Shown piece by piece: positions 9,919 to 18,554 of a DNA stretch of 32,000 nucleotides. The stretch lies in assembly GCF_000020025.1 (NCBI RefSeq), contig NC_010628.1, positions 300,001-332,000 on the forward strand, given 5' to 3'. The notes under the pieces are model-generated. The model was not told where the DNA came from, searched no databases, and saw only the letters and a list, made by a program, of their open reading frames with translations. The position numbers were made by a program, and so were the translations under genes. Within the stretch, counting starts at the first letter, position 1; each line of letters opens with the position of its first letter. This DNA comes from Nostoc punctiforme PCC 73102. Lineage in GTDB: Bacteria; Cyanobacteriota; Cyanobacteriia; Cyanobacteriales; Nostocaceae.

Positions 9919-10055
9919 AGACTTCTTGCAGAAGTGGGGTAAAGGAAAGGGTAAAGGGTAAGGGGTAAAAGGGAAAGGGATAGAATTTCCCCAAACCCAG
10001 TAACCTTTACCATGCACCCCAACATCTTGGCATTTGTTACTTTTGCAAGATGTCT
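9919..10055 (-). mobile_element. MITE-like element, family A copy 2 (137 bp), in the cheA-cheB spacer
   Basis: Its ends are AGACTTCTTGCAGAAGT (9919-9935) and CTTTTGCAAGATGTCT (10040-10055), the reverse complement of the ends of copy 1. It is flanked by a 3-bp direct duplication, CTT (9916-9918 and 10056-10058). The core is GGGTAAAGGAAAGGGTAAAGGGTAAGGGG. Confidence 0.65.
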
Positions 10056-10078
10056 CTTAGCTAGCTCTGCTGAAATAG

Positions 10079-12322
10079 CTATTGTCCAATCAGATCGACG
10101 ATGGCGTTAACTAATGTGTCGTCGTGGAAGCTGCTTTTGGTGATGTAATAATCAGCCCCAGCTTCCATACCCTGGATGCGATCGTCTTCGCGATCGCGAT
10201 ATGACACAATAATGACCGGCAGCGAATGTAATGTGGGATGCTCTTTAATTTGTTTGACAAGTTCAATGCCATTCATCCGAGGCATATCAATGTCGCTGAG
10301 GATCAAATCATAGGAATTGCTGCGAATAGCTGTCCAGGCATCCATGCCATTTACGGCAACATCAACATCGTAGCCCCGATTTTGCAGTAGTTTACGGGTC
10401 ATTTCGCGCACGGTAATGGAATCATCCACAACTAAAAGGCGTTTGCGGCTAGATACCTTTTTTGCTTTGTTAACATCAACGGGTCTTAATTGACCACTAT
10501 TAAGCATATTGTCAATCGATCGCACTAAATCGGAAACATCCACAATTAACACAGGTGAACCATCGTCCATTAGGGCAGAGGCACTAATATCTCGAACTTT
10601 ACCCAAACGCGGGTCAAGAGGGCGCACCACCAAATCCCGTTCGCCCAAAAACTGGTCTACCAATAAACCGTAAGCGTTGGATTGGTCACTGATGACAACG
10701 ACACAGAGTGCATCGGTAGCGGATGGAGTTTCTGGCAAGTCTAGAATGTGGGAAGCAGCAATTAAGCCAATATTTCGACCATCCTTAGTGAAATATTGGC
10801 GACCTTCCACAACATAGATATCAGATTTGTTGAGTTTGACGATCTGATCTACCCGTGCTAGAGGAAAGGCGTATGGTTCAGCAGAAATCTCGACAATCAG
10901 CGTCCTGACAACCGAAAGCGTGAGGGGAAGCTGAAAGTAGAAACTGGTGCCCTTTCGGAATTGAGATGTGGCCCGGATCGTCCCTCCAACCTCTTGCACC
11001 ATGCTCTTAACAATATCTAATCCCACACCCCGCCCGGAAATTTCAGTTACTTGCTTAGTGGTAGAAAATCCCGGTAGAAACAGAAATTCAATGATTTCAG
11101 CCTCTGTGAGTTGAGCAGCCGTTTCGGGTGAAGCTAAATTGCACTCAACAATATGTTGACGGATGAAATCGGGATCAATCCCTCTACCATCATCAGAAAC
11201 ACTAATGGCCAACATACCGCCGCGATGAAAGGCTTCCAGGCGAACAGTACCCTCGATCGGTTTACCTGCTAATTCTCGCTCATCTAGCGGTTCAATTCCA
11301 TGATCGATCGCATTGCGAATCATGTGAGTCAGGGGTGCTTCCAGTTTTTTGAGAATATCGCGATCGACCGGGGTTGACTGACCGACAATCTCTAACTTGA
11401 CTTGCTTATTCAAGCGTCGGCAGAGGTCACGAAGCATTCGCGGAAAACCTTGTACCCCATCAGCAAAGGGACGCATGTGAGAAGCAATCACTTCCCGGTA
11501 GAGGCGATCGCTTAAATTCGTCGTGCGACGGGCATAAAGTTCCAATTCCCCCAGGCGATCGCCCAGAATTTCTCGGCATTCTTGGGCTTTACGTCGAGCA
11601 GTATCTAAAACTTGCAGACTCTCAGAACTAGTTGGAGTGTTCGCTAAGGTAGTATGAATGGTTTCTAGCAGTCGAGAAAGTTCTGATTGACGAGACTTGA
11701 GCGCTGTAAAGGAATCAGCAAAAGGTTGCAGCCAATTTGCCTCAACCAGTGATTCACCCGCCAACCCCATAATCCGGTTCAAATTCTCGGCGGTGACGCG
11801 CACTACTCGGTCAGTTGGCGTTGCAATTGCTTCAAAGGTTACATTCTCTTGGCGAACACTTTGACTTAGTGCCGAGTTGCGATCCACCGTCACTAAAGAT
11901 GATAATCGACGCTCACTAAAATCTGAAGGCAGCAAAGCAGCGATCGCTAAACAGGAACTCTCAAATTCTCCCACTTTCTCGGCTAGCCAGGCAACTAACT
12001 CTCCTCCAGCGACCTGACTGAGTGCCTGCAATAAGTCAACGCTTTGCAGTAACACATCAATCTGGTCTGAACCTAATGTAATAATTTGGTTTTGTGCTGC
12101 TACAAAACAATCTTCCATCCAGTGTGCCAGGTTAATGATGACATCAAGAGAAATAATTCGAGCGGCACCTTTAATCGAATGTGCTGCCCGCATTAGCGCT
12201 TCTAATGCCTCATCAGATTGGGATTTGGCTTCCAGAATTAGTAGACTCTGGCTCAGGATAGCAACCTGCGTCTCAACTTCCTGGCGAAATAGCTCCAGCA
12301 TGGAATCATCGCTCATGGTCAC
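10079..12322 (-). CDS. cheA: Hybrid chemotaxis histidine kinase CheA with a C-terminal receiver (WspE-like)
   Basis: 747 aa. Domains are Hpt/P1 (AAHSIKGAARI), HATPase_c (DDGRGIDPD, GRGVGLDIV), a CheW-like P5 and a C-terminal REC (LLVVDDSITVREM ... LILSDIDMPRMNG). The track start is GTG at 12322; ATG at 12316 is an alternative. Confidence 0.95.
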   Translation of the reverse strand: MTMSDDSMLELFRQEVETQVAILSQSLLILEAKSQSDEALEALMRAAHSIKGAARIISLDVIINLAHWMEDCFVAAQNQIITLGSDQIDVLLQSVDLLQALSQVAGGELVAWLAEKVGEFESSCLAIAALLPSDFSERRLSSLVTVDRNSALSQSVRQENVTFEAIATPTDRVVRVTAENLNRIMGLAGESLVEANWLQPFADSFTALKSRQSELSRLLETIHTTLANTPTSSESLQVLDTARRKAQECREILGDRLGELELYARRTTNLSDRLYREVIASHMRPFADGVQGFPRMLRDLCRRLNKQVKLEIVGQSTPVDRDILKKLEAPLTHMIRNAIDHGIEPLDERELAGKPIEGTVRLEAFHRGGMLAISVSDDGRGIDPDFIRQHIVECNLASPETAAQLTEAEIIEFLFLPGFSTTKQVTEISGRGVGLDIVKSMVQEVGGTIRATSQFRKGTSFYFQLPLTLSVVRTLIVEISAEPYAFPLARVDQIVKLNKSDIYVVEGRQYFTKDGRNIGLIAASHILDLPETPSATDALCVVVISDQSNAYGLLVDQFLGERDLVVRPLDPRLGKVRDISASALMDDGSPVLIVDVSDLVRSIDNMLNSGQLRPVDVNKAKKVSSRKRLLVVDDSITVREMTRKLLQNRGYDVDVAVNGMDAWTAIRSNSYDLILSDIDMPRMNGIELVKQIKEHPTLHSLPVIIVSYRDREDDRIQGMEAGADYYITKSSFHDDTLVNAIVDLIGQ

Positions 12323-12402
12323 GTCGCTTCGCTCCGAATTAAAAATTAAAAATTAAAAATACCTATAAATAAATTTAGGGGCTTGTATATGAGTCTTTTC
12401 CG

Positions 12403-13146
12403 TCAAAAAACCTTGTGATTCAGAGTGTAGAACAATAGTTCGGAGTTCAAAAAATTCAGCTTTTTGTCTTGCCAGGTAACGATCCCTTTGGTGTAGGCTT
12501 CCGATGCTTTGGAAATGACAACCGGAGCATCTTTGAACTCGTTGATGTGAAAGCGGTAAGTTCCATGAACCTCATCCACCGGAAAAACCCACTTGTTTTC
12601 ATTTCTGCCTGCAACAATCATGCGTTGCGGATTAATCGTATTAGAGAAATCTGTTGATTCTACAACAGGCTCTAGACCGAGTAAGTCTCTGAGAGAAATA
12701 CAGAGCAGCGTTTCACCGCGAATGTTGATCAACCCCAAAAATACAGAATTACTGCGGTGAGGGACGGTATGAATGGCGTAAGGGGGCGTTACCTCTTGGA
12801 GGATGTTGACAGGCAATGCTAACCGTTCGTTACCGAGACGAAAAATGATTACAGAAAGGGTATCTGTGGCGCGAACTAACGTCCCTTCGCCAACTCCGAC
12901 CTGCTGGGTTGATGCTTCAGATAAGATATCCGTCCATTCTTGGAGATACTCAGGTGGAGCGTTTCTCTCTAACAAGCTGCGTCCGGCGGCGGAGTAAACT
13001 TTGCAGTTGCGGCAGTGAATAACGGTCTTCAGTTCGCCACAAGTGCGATCGCCCATCACCCCAATCTGATTCCAGCAATCATTCAGTGTTGGATGGTCAA
13101 ATTCCGAGTCATCTCCCACACCTACCGTATTTAAATAACTTTCCAT
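12403..13146 (-). CDS. cheW: CheW-like coupling protein with an N-terminal four-Cys module (WspD-like)
   Basis: The track ORF 12403..13161 starts at TTG; I prefer the ATG at 13146 (MESYLNTVG). The N-terminus has DCWNQIGVMGDRTCGELKTVIHCRNCKVY (C-x11-C-x8-C-x2-C, nt ~13003-13077). A CheW domain follows (LSVIIFRLGNERLALPVNILQEV ... FLGLINIRGETL). Confidence 0.85.
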   Translation of the reverse strand: MESYLNTVGVGDDSEFDHPTLNDCWNQIGVMGDRTCGELKTVIHCRNCKVYSAAGRSLLERNAPPEYLQEWTDILSEASTQQVGVGEGTLVRATDTLSVIIFRLGNERLALPVNILQEVTPPYAIHTVPHRSNSVFLGLINIRGETLLCISLRDLLGLEPVVESTDFSNTINPQRMIVAGRNENKWVFPVDEVHGTYRFHINEFKDAPVVISKASEAYTKGIVTWQDKKLNFLNSELLFYTLNHKVF

Positions 13147-13270
13147 TAGGCAATTTCTCAATTTTAAAGTAGATAGACATAATCAAACGTCAAATAAAAA
13201 CCAATGCAATCAGCCGACTGAACAGCTTTTCCACCTACTCCCTGCCTCACTTCGACTACGCTCAGTGACC

Positions 13271-13371
13271 ACCTGCCCCCTGCCGACGCTCGCGGACTCG
13301 CTACCGCTTCGCTATCCTACCTCCTGCCTCCTGCCCCCTACCTTCTGCCTCCTGCCTCCTACCCCCTACCT
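13271..13371. repeat. Pyrimidine-rich (plus strand) short-unit repeat tract in the mcp-cheW spacer
   Basis: Plus strand: CCTGCCCCCTGCC...CCTACCTCCTGCCTCCTGCCCCCTACCTTCTGCCTCCTGCCTCCTACCCCCTACCTC. On the transcribed minus strand this reads GGTAGGGGGTAGGAGGCAGGAGGCAGAAGGTAGGGGGCAGGAGGCAGGAGGTAGG, with four AGGAGG units. Confidence 0.7.
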
Positions 13372-13378
13372 CAAATTT

Positions 13379-15085
13379 CTATGCCATCACTTTGAATCGA
13401 GCAATCTCTCTTTTTAAGCTATGAGTAGCTTCATCAAGCTGTTCTAAGGCATGATTGGTTTCTCGCAGCGAGCCTGCTGTCTGCTGAGATGCTTGACTCA
13501 GATGTTCCATCGCTTCGCTAATTTGCTGCGCTCCCTGAGATTGTTCATCTACGCTCTGACTCACCTGCTCAAAGCGTGGGGTCAATCCCTGCACCTGCTG
13601 AATAACTTGGGCAATTTGTTCGCTAATTCTGTCTACATCTTCGACGCTGTGAACTACAGACTTTGTAAACTTATCCATCTCTGTTACGCCGATAGAAACT
13701 GCTGATTGCATCTCCTTAATCATTTGCTCAATTTCTAAAGTTGCAACAGCAGTCTGATCGGCTAATCGGCGAATTTCCCGCGCCACAACTGCAAAGCCTG
13801 CACCGTATTCTCCGGCTCTTTCGGCTTCTAATGCTGCATTGAGCGAAAGTAAATTGGTTTGGTCTGCCACAACTGTAATGGTTGTAACCACTCGGCTGAT
13901 ATTGTTGGCTCGTACATGCATGACTTCCAACTTGGAGGAAATAACCTGAGTAGCTGCTAACAACTGATGCATTACAGAATCAATGTGGTTGAGATTGTCT
14001 TTACTGTTGCCTGCTGCCACTGTCGTCTGTTCAGCCATTGCTGCAACATATTCCATTGTTTTTACCAATTCCCTTGATGTTGCTGCAATTTGATGAGCCG
14101 TTGCAGTTACTTCATTGGTAGAAGCAACTTGTTCTGTAACCGTTGCTTCCAGATTTCTTCCAGATGCTGTAATTTGGTCGGCTGAATTGGTAATTTGATT
14201 ACCTGACTGTTGAATGCGATTGACTAGGGCATTCAGGTCTTTATTCATGGTGTAAAAAGCATTCTGCAATTGACCGACTTCATCTTGCTGATCGGCGAGT
14301 GAAATTTCGCTCGTTAAGTCCCCGGCAGAAATCTTTTGGGCAATGTCAACTACCCCGGCAATCTTGGCTCCCAGAGGTCTAGCGATCGTGTTGCTAAAGA
14401 AAATTCCAAATAAGATGGCAGTTCCCGGGCCAATCAGGATTGCTACAAATGCCCAAAATCCCACTTGGGAAACGTCTTTTGCCGATACGTGTTCTGTTTC
14501 GGCTGCCAAATCCTCATTCATTTTCAACACCTCTAAAAACGCAACGGTTGCGGCTGTAAAGGGTTGACGGTTGGCCTCAACTTGTTTCTCTAGCTCCTTG
14601 TGGGCTGCGATCGCCAGATTAGCATTCCCCGCTGTATTTTCAAATAGATTGAAAACTCCTAAGCTCTCGAAGCGGAGATTACGTCTCAAAAACTCTTCAT
14701 GGGCATCCTTCCACGCATCCCATTTATTCAAAAAGTCTTTGTATGCCTGCTTTTCAGCGTTCAATTTAGGAGTTGCTTCATACTGTTGAAACCCCTCCTG
14801 AATTTGCTTCCAGGCGTTATCCATGCGATCGATTTCTGTTTGCCGCCCATCTTTACTTAGATTGACATCCAGCAAACCCCGTTCTGACGATTCAATTTGG
14901 GTTTGTCCGGCGTTGATTTTCCACAAGCCGGAGATGCTGGGCACGCTATTGTTGGCTAGGGTGTCGATGTGTTTACTCAAGCGAGAACTGCCACTCAGAC
15001 CCACCAACGCCACAATCAGCACCAAAATACCCATGAAGATGAACGCAAAGATGAGGCGTGCCTGCATGGATTGATTTTTGAACAT
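13379..15085 (-). CDS. Methyl-accepting chemotaxis protein with a 4-helix-bundle-type periplasmic sensor
   Basis: 568 aa. TM1 is ARLIFAFIFMGILVLIVALVGL and TM2 is VGFWAFVAILIGPGTAILFGIFF, flanking a ~170-aa helical periplasmic domain. A HAMP domain follows, then a signalling domain with the tip block [35 protein letters not shown]. Confidence 0.95.
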   Translation of the reverse strand: MFKNQSMQARLIFAFIFMGILVLIVALVGLSGSSRLSKHIDTLANNSVPSISGLWKINAGQTQIESSERGLLDVNLSKDGRQTEIDRMDNAWKQIQEGFQQYEATPKLNAEKQAYKDFLNKWDAWKDAHEEFLRRNLRFESLGVFNLFENTAGNANLAIAAHKELEKQVEANRQPFTAATVAFLEVLKMNEDLAAETEHVSAKDVSQVGFWAFVAILIGPGTAILFGIFFSNTIARPLGAKIAGVVDIAQKISAGDLTSEISLADQQDEVGQLQNAFYTMNKDLNALVNRIQQSGNQITNSADQITASGRNLEATVTEQVASTNEVTATAHQIAATSRELVKTMEYVAAMAEQTTVAAGNSKDNLNHIDSVMHQLLAATQVISSKLEVMHVRANNISRVVTTITVVADQTNLLSLNAALEAERAGEYGAGFAVVAREIRRLADQTAVATLEIEQMIKEMQSAVSIGVTEMDKFTKSVVHSVEDVDRISEQIAQVIQQVQGLTPRFEQVSQSVDEQSQGAQQISEAMEHLSQASQQTAGSLRETNHALEQLDEATHSLKREIARFKVMA

Positions 15086-15100
15086 ATCAGGTTTCCTCTT

Positions 15101-16381
15101 CTAAGCTTCTGTTCTAAGACTGGACTGCAAGCGCTGGATTCGTTGTTGAATAATTTTTGCCCCTACTGTATCACCTTGATGTTCCTTCAACAAAGCGAGA
15201 TGAACTAACGCTTGATATGAGGTTGGCTCTAGGTAGATAGCGCGTTGAAAACATTGCTCTGCTTGGTGATTCTGCTGGTCAGCCTGATACAGCGCTCCCA
15301 AAATAAGATAAGCAGCTGCACTGGTTGGATGATGAATTAGGTATGACTTACAAAGCGTGATTGCTTCTGGCGATCGCCCTTCATCCGCTAGCTTTTTCAC
15401 CGTTTGTAAATCAACAGATGGCGTTGATTCAGAGCTTGAACGGTTTGAACTTGCAGATATATTAGATTCTTTGATTTGCTGAGTATCGATCGCAGAGTAA
15501 TTTTTCACTCCTAAAGATTGCTTGACAGGGTTTTGAAGAGTTGCTGATTGAAATTGAGTAATATTGAGTAATTCCAATTTTGGAAGCGGTGGTTCTGACT
15601 TGCGATAAGCAAATGTGAAAGGCTTACGGGTAGAGGTATACTGGTCTGCGACAATTTTTGCAGTTTCAGACGCTCCCACAAACAGTAACCCTCCTGGTCT
15701 AAGTAGGCGATCGATCGCTGCTAACACCTGTGAGCAAGCTTCTGATTGCAGGTATATCAACAAGTTGCGGCAAAAGATGATGTCGTATTGCTTTTGAGTC
15801 AGCGCCAGAGAAGTCATAACATTCCCCTGCTGAAAATTGACTAACTCACGAACAGATTGGCATAGTTCGTAACCTTCGGCCGTTTGCTGAAAGTAACGCT
15901 CTCGCTCTGTCCAAGCGTCGCCGCGAAAGGAGTTTTTGGTGTAGACTCCGCGCTTTGCCTTTGCTAGGGATCGATGACTAATGTCGATCGCATCGATCGC
16001 AAACTGTTTTGGATGCAGACCAGCTTCTAGTAGAGCGATCGCCATTGAGTAAGGTTCTTCGCCAGTAGAGCATGGAACACTCAGCAGTTGCAGTATATTG
16101 CGGTTTGGCAAAAGCCGCCATTGGTCAGTGACGTAGGTTTTTAGGTAGTCAAACGGCTTACCATCTCGGAAAAACCAGGTCTCTGGCACGATAAGTAGTT
16201 CAATCAGCTCCTCTAATTCTAAAGTGGAGGTTTGTAACCGCACCCAATAGCTCTCCATGTCAGGCAATTTACAGCCGAGGCGACGATTCTCGACAGCTCT
16301 GGCAATCCGGTTGGAGCCAAGTGTATCGGGATCTAAGCCTATGGCTTGGTTTAGCAATGTTGCGATCGCAGATAATACCAT
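15101..16381 (-). CDS. cheR: CheR-type protein-glutamate O-methyltransferase with C-terminal TPR repeats (WspC-like)
   Basis: 426 aa. The CheR core has VPETWFFRDGKPFDYL, LLSVPCSTGEEPYSMAI and IFCRNLLIYL. An S-rich linker follows, then TPR-like AAYLILGALYQADQQNHQAEQCFQRAIYLEPTSYQALVHLALL. It is 8 nt from the upstream mcp and 15 nt from the downstream mcp. Confidence 0.9.
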   Translation of the reverse strand: MVLSAIATLLNQAIGLDPDTLGSNRIARAVENRRLGCKLPDMESYWVRLQTSTLELEELIELLIVPETWFFRDGKPFDYLKTYVTDQWRLLPNRNILQLLSVPCSTGEEPYSMAIALLEAGLHPKQFAIDAIDISHRSLAKAKRGVYTKNSFRGDAWTERERYFQQTAEGYELCQSVRELVNFQQGNVMTSLALTQKQYDIIFCRNLLIYLQSEACSQVLAAIDRLLRPGGLLFVGASETAKIVADQYTSTRKPFTFAYRKSEPPLPKLELLNITQFQSATLQNPVKQSLGVKNYSAIDTQQIKESNISASSNRSSSESTPSVDLQTVKKLADEGRSPEAITLCKSYLIHHPTSAAAYLILGALYQADQQNHQAEQCFQRAIYLEPTSYQALVHLALLKEHQGDTVGAKIIQQRIQRLQSSLRTEA

Positions 16382-16389
16382 CTGTCAGC

Positions 16390-18027
16390 CTATGCAGTTT
16401 TAAACCGAGCAATTTCTAATCGCAATCCATTTGCTGCCCCATCAAGTTGCCCGACAGCACTATTCGTCTCCCGTAAAGCTTCCACTGTCTGCTGAGATGC
16501 TTGACTTAGTTGCCCCATCGCTTCACTAATCTGTTGCGCTCCCTGAGATTGCTCTTCAACGCTTTGACTTACCTGCTCAAAGCGTGGGGTCAATCCTTGC
16601 ACCTGATGAATGACCTGAGCAATCTGATCGCTAATCTTACTGACATCCGCAACGCTATCAACAACAGATTTATTAAACTTATCCATTTCCATCACTCCGG
16701 TAGAAACGGCTGATTGCATCTCCTTAATCATCTGGGCAATTTCCAGAGTGGCGACGGCGGTTTGGTCAGCCAATCGGCGGATCTCCCGTGCTACAACTGC
16801 AAAGCCTGCTCCGTATTCTCCAGCCTTTTCTGCCTCGATCGCAGCATTTAGCGACAGCAGGTTAGTCTGGTCGGCAACCTTATTAATGGTTGTCACAACA
16901 CTATTAATATTGTTTGCCTTTTCATTCATCACCCCAAGCTTGGTAGCAATGGAGGTGGTTGCATCCGAGAGATGACGCATCACCGTTTCCATGCGATTTA
17001 AGTCATTTTGACTTGCACCGGCAGAGGTTGCTGTAGACTGTGCCATCAGCGCCACCTGATCCATCACTTTCACCAGCCCTTTTGAGGTGGCGGCAATCTG
17101 CTGCGAGGTTGCACTCACTTCATTGGTTGAAGCAAGTTGTTCTGCAACGGTGGCTTCCAATTCTTTACCAGCTGCCGCAATCTGAGTCGCGGAGGTACTA
17201 ATTTGCACTCCAGACTGTTGCATCTGGAAAATCAGCGAATTCAGATTTTTGGACATATAGTGAAAGGCAGTCAGCAATTGGCCAATTTCGCTGCCATCAT
17301 TGCTTGGCTCAATTGTTTGCTGTAAATCTCCATCAGCAATCTGTTCTGCTGCTTGCACCACCTTTGGCAACTGTCGGCGAATGGGCAAAGCAACCCACAA
17401 GGCGACCGCCACGGTTGTCAGCAGCGTCAACAGCGTTCCTAGAATAATTATCAGAGTCGCCAAATTCTTAGCTTGGTCGCCCTGTTGCAGATTTTCATTG
17501 AGTCGATTCTCAAGAATTTTCAGGGTACGAGTGCGGGCTACTTCCAGTTTGGCGACTCGGGGGATTAAAATTTCCTGCTTTGCCTCATCCAGCTTATTGG
17601 CATCGACTAGGGGATAAACACCTGCCGCAACGCGATCGTAGTCATTACCAATCTCGATCATTTCGTTGATGGCTTCTTGAGCTTGGGGATCGACAGTGTT
17701 TGCCAAGTCCTGCTTATTTTGAAGCATTGATTCTTTGGCTTTATCATAAGTCCCGCGATAGTACTGGTCTTTAGGATAAAGAGCATATCCGCGGATACTA
17801 GCAATAATCCGAGAGACATCATAAGCAAACTCATCTGTATCCCTGATGTTCTCAGCGATTTGCTTCGAGTGTTCCTGCAATTTGATTAAATGAGCAGTGC
17901 TTGAATACAGGATGGCTCCCAGTACGATCAAAAAAAGAATAGGAATCGAAAAGCCCAGTATTAAACGGTTGATAATTTTGTTCAATATATTCTCCACTAA
18001 TAAATTATTTTGGTTATACTTCTTCAC
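16390..18027 (-). CDS. Methyl-accepting chemotaxis protein with a CHASE3-like periplasmic sensor
   Basis: 545 aa. TM1 is [20 protein letters not shown]. The periplasmic block is [25 protein letters not shown]2 is [31 protein letters not shown] domain and a signalling domain ([35 protein letters not shown]) follow. The start overlaps the cheW stop by 14 nt. Confidence 0.95.
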   Translation of the reverse strand: MKKYNQNNLLVENILNKIINRLILGFSIPILFLIVLGAILYSSTAHLIKLQEHSKQIAENIRDTDEFAYDVSRIIASIRGYALYPKDQYYRGTYDKAKESMLQNKQDLANTVDPQAQEAINEMIEIGNDYDRVAAGVYPLVDANKLDEAKQEILIPRVAKLEVARTRTLKILENRLNENLQQGDQAKNLATLIIILGTLLTLLTTVAVALWVALPIRRQLPKVVQAAEQIADGDLQQTIEPSNDGSEIGQLLTAFHYMSKNLNSLIFQMQQSGVQISTSATQIAAAGKELEATVAEQLASTNEVSATSQQIAATSKGLVKVMDQVALMAQSTATSAGASQNDLNRMETVMRHLSDATTSIATKLGVMNEKANNINSVVTTINKVADQTNLLSLNAAIEAEKAGEYGAGFAVVAREIRRLADQTAVATLEIAQMIKEMQSAVSTGVMEMDKFNKSVVDSVADVSKISDQIAQVIHQVQGLTPRFEQVSQSVEEQSQGAQQISEAMGQLSQASQQTVEALRETNSAVGQLDGAANGLRLEIARFKTA

Positions 18028-18472
18028 CCATCAGCAAATAAGTATGTCGCTCATCGCTGAATAGTCTCTCCAATTGCACACATTGAATAATCCGCTGTTC
18101 ATCGACAATCGTACCGCTTAAATAAGGCGCTTCCTCAGCCCGAATGCTCGAATCCCGAATCTTTGAATCTGATATAGTTAGTGTTTCTGTCACTCGCTCT
18201 GCCATCAGCCCTAAATATTGCAGCGATTCGTTTTGGTGGGGATGTTTGACGATAATGATCCGGGTACTGAGGTGCGATCGACTGGGTGTCCCTTGAATCA
18301 AATGACATAGATCGATCGCGGGCAAAATCGTTCCTCGGTAGTTAAATAAACCAGGTACGTATTCCGGTACATGGTGTACTTTTCTGAGACTAACTCGCGG
18401 AATAATCTCAACGATGTGAGAACTCTCGATCGCGTAGAGGTCTTTCCCAGCGTAGAAGAGTAAAATTAGCAC
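18014..18472 (-). CDS. cheW: CheW coupling protein (WspB-like)
   Basis: The track ORF 18014..18607 has a 45-aa N-terminal extension that overlaps crcB and has no CheW similarity. The in-frame GTG at 18472 gives [25 protein letters not shown]..., a typical CheW-domain start. The choice of start is inference. Confidence 0.8.
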   Translation of the reverse strand: MLILLFYAGKDLYAIESSHIVEIIPRVSLRKVHHVPEYVPGLFNYRGTILPAIDLCHLIQGTPSRSHLSTRIIIVKHPHQNESLQYLGLMAERVTETLTISDSKIRDSSIRAEEAPYLSGTIVDEQRIIQCVQLERLFSDERHTYLLMGEEV

Positions 18473-18554
18473 TTTTAATGATAAGTTCTCATTGAATAGG
18501 ACAAACACAAAGAAGAGGCAGCGCTTTGCACTACATCTTCTTCTGAGTTTTAAT

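Noticed and set aside
12337-12359. Tandem AAAAATT x3 in the cheW-cheA spacer
   Set aside because: This is a real short tandem repeat, but only three units of a low-complexity A/T heptamer. No functional inference is warranted beyond possible DNA bending or an A-rich translation-initiation region.
13451-17617. Many 60-105-aa plus-strand ORFs inside the MCP/CheR genes (13451..13705, 14343..14567, 14571..14789, 14823..15074, 14969..15208, 15615..15797, 16510..16713, 16748..16975, 17137..17325, 17300..17617)
   Set aside because: They are antisense to long, motif-rich genes. Alanine/serine/glutamine-rich coiled-coil genes often leave open frames on the opposite strand. The near-identical pair 13451/16510 simply mirrors the MCP duplication.
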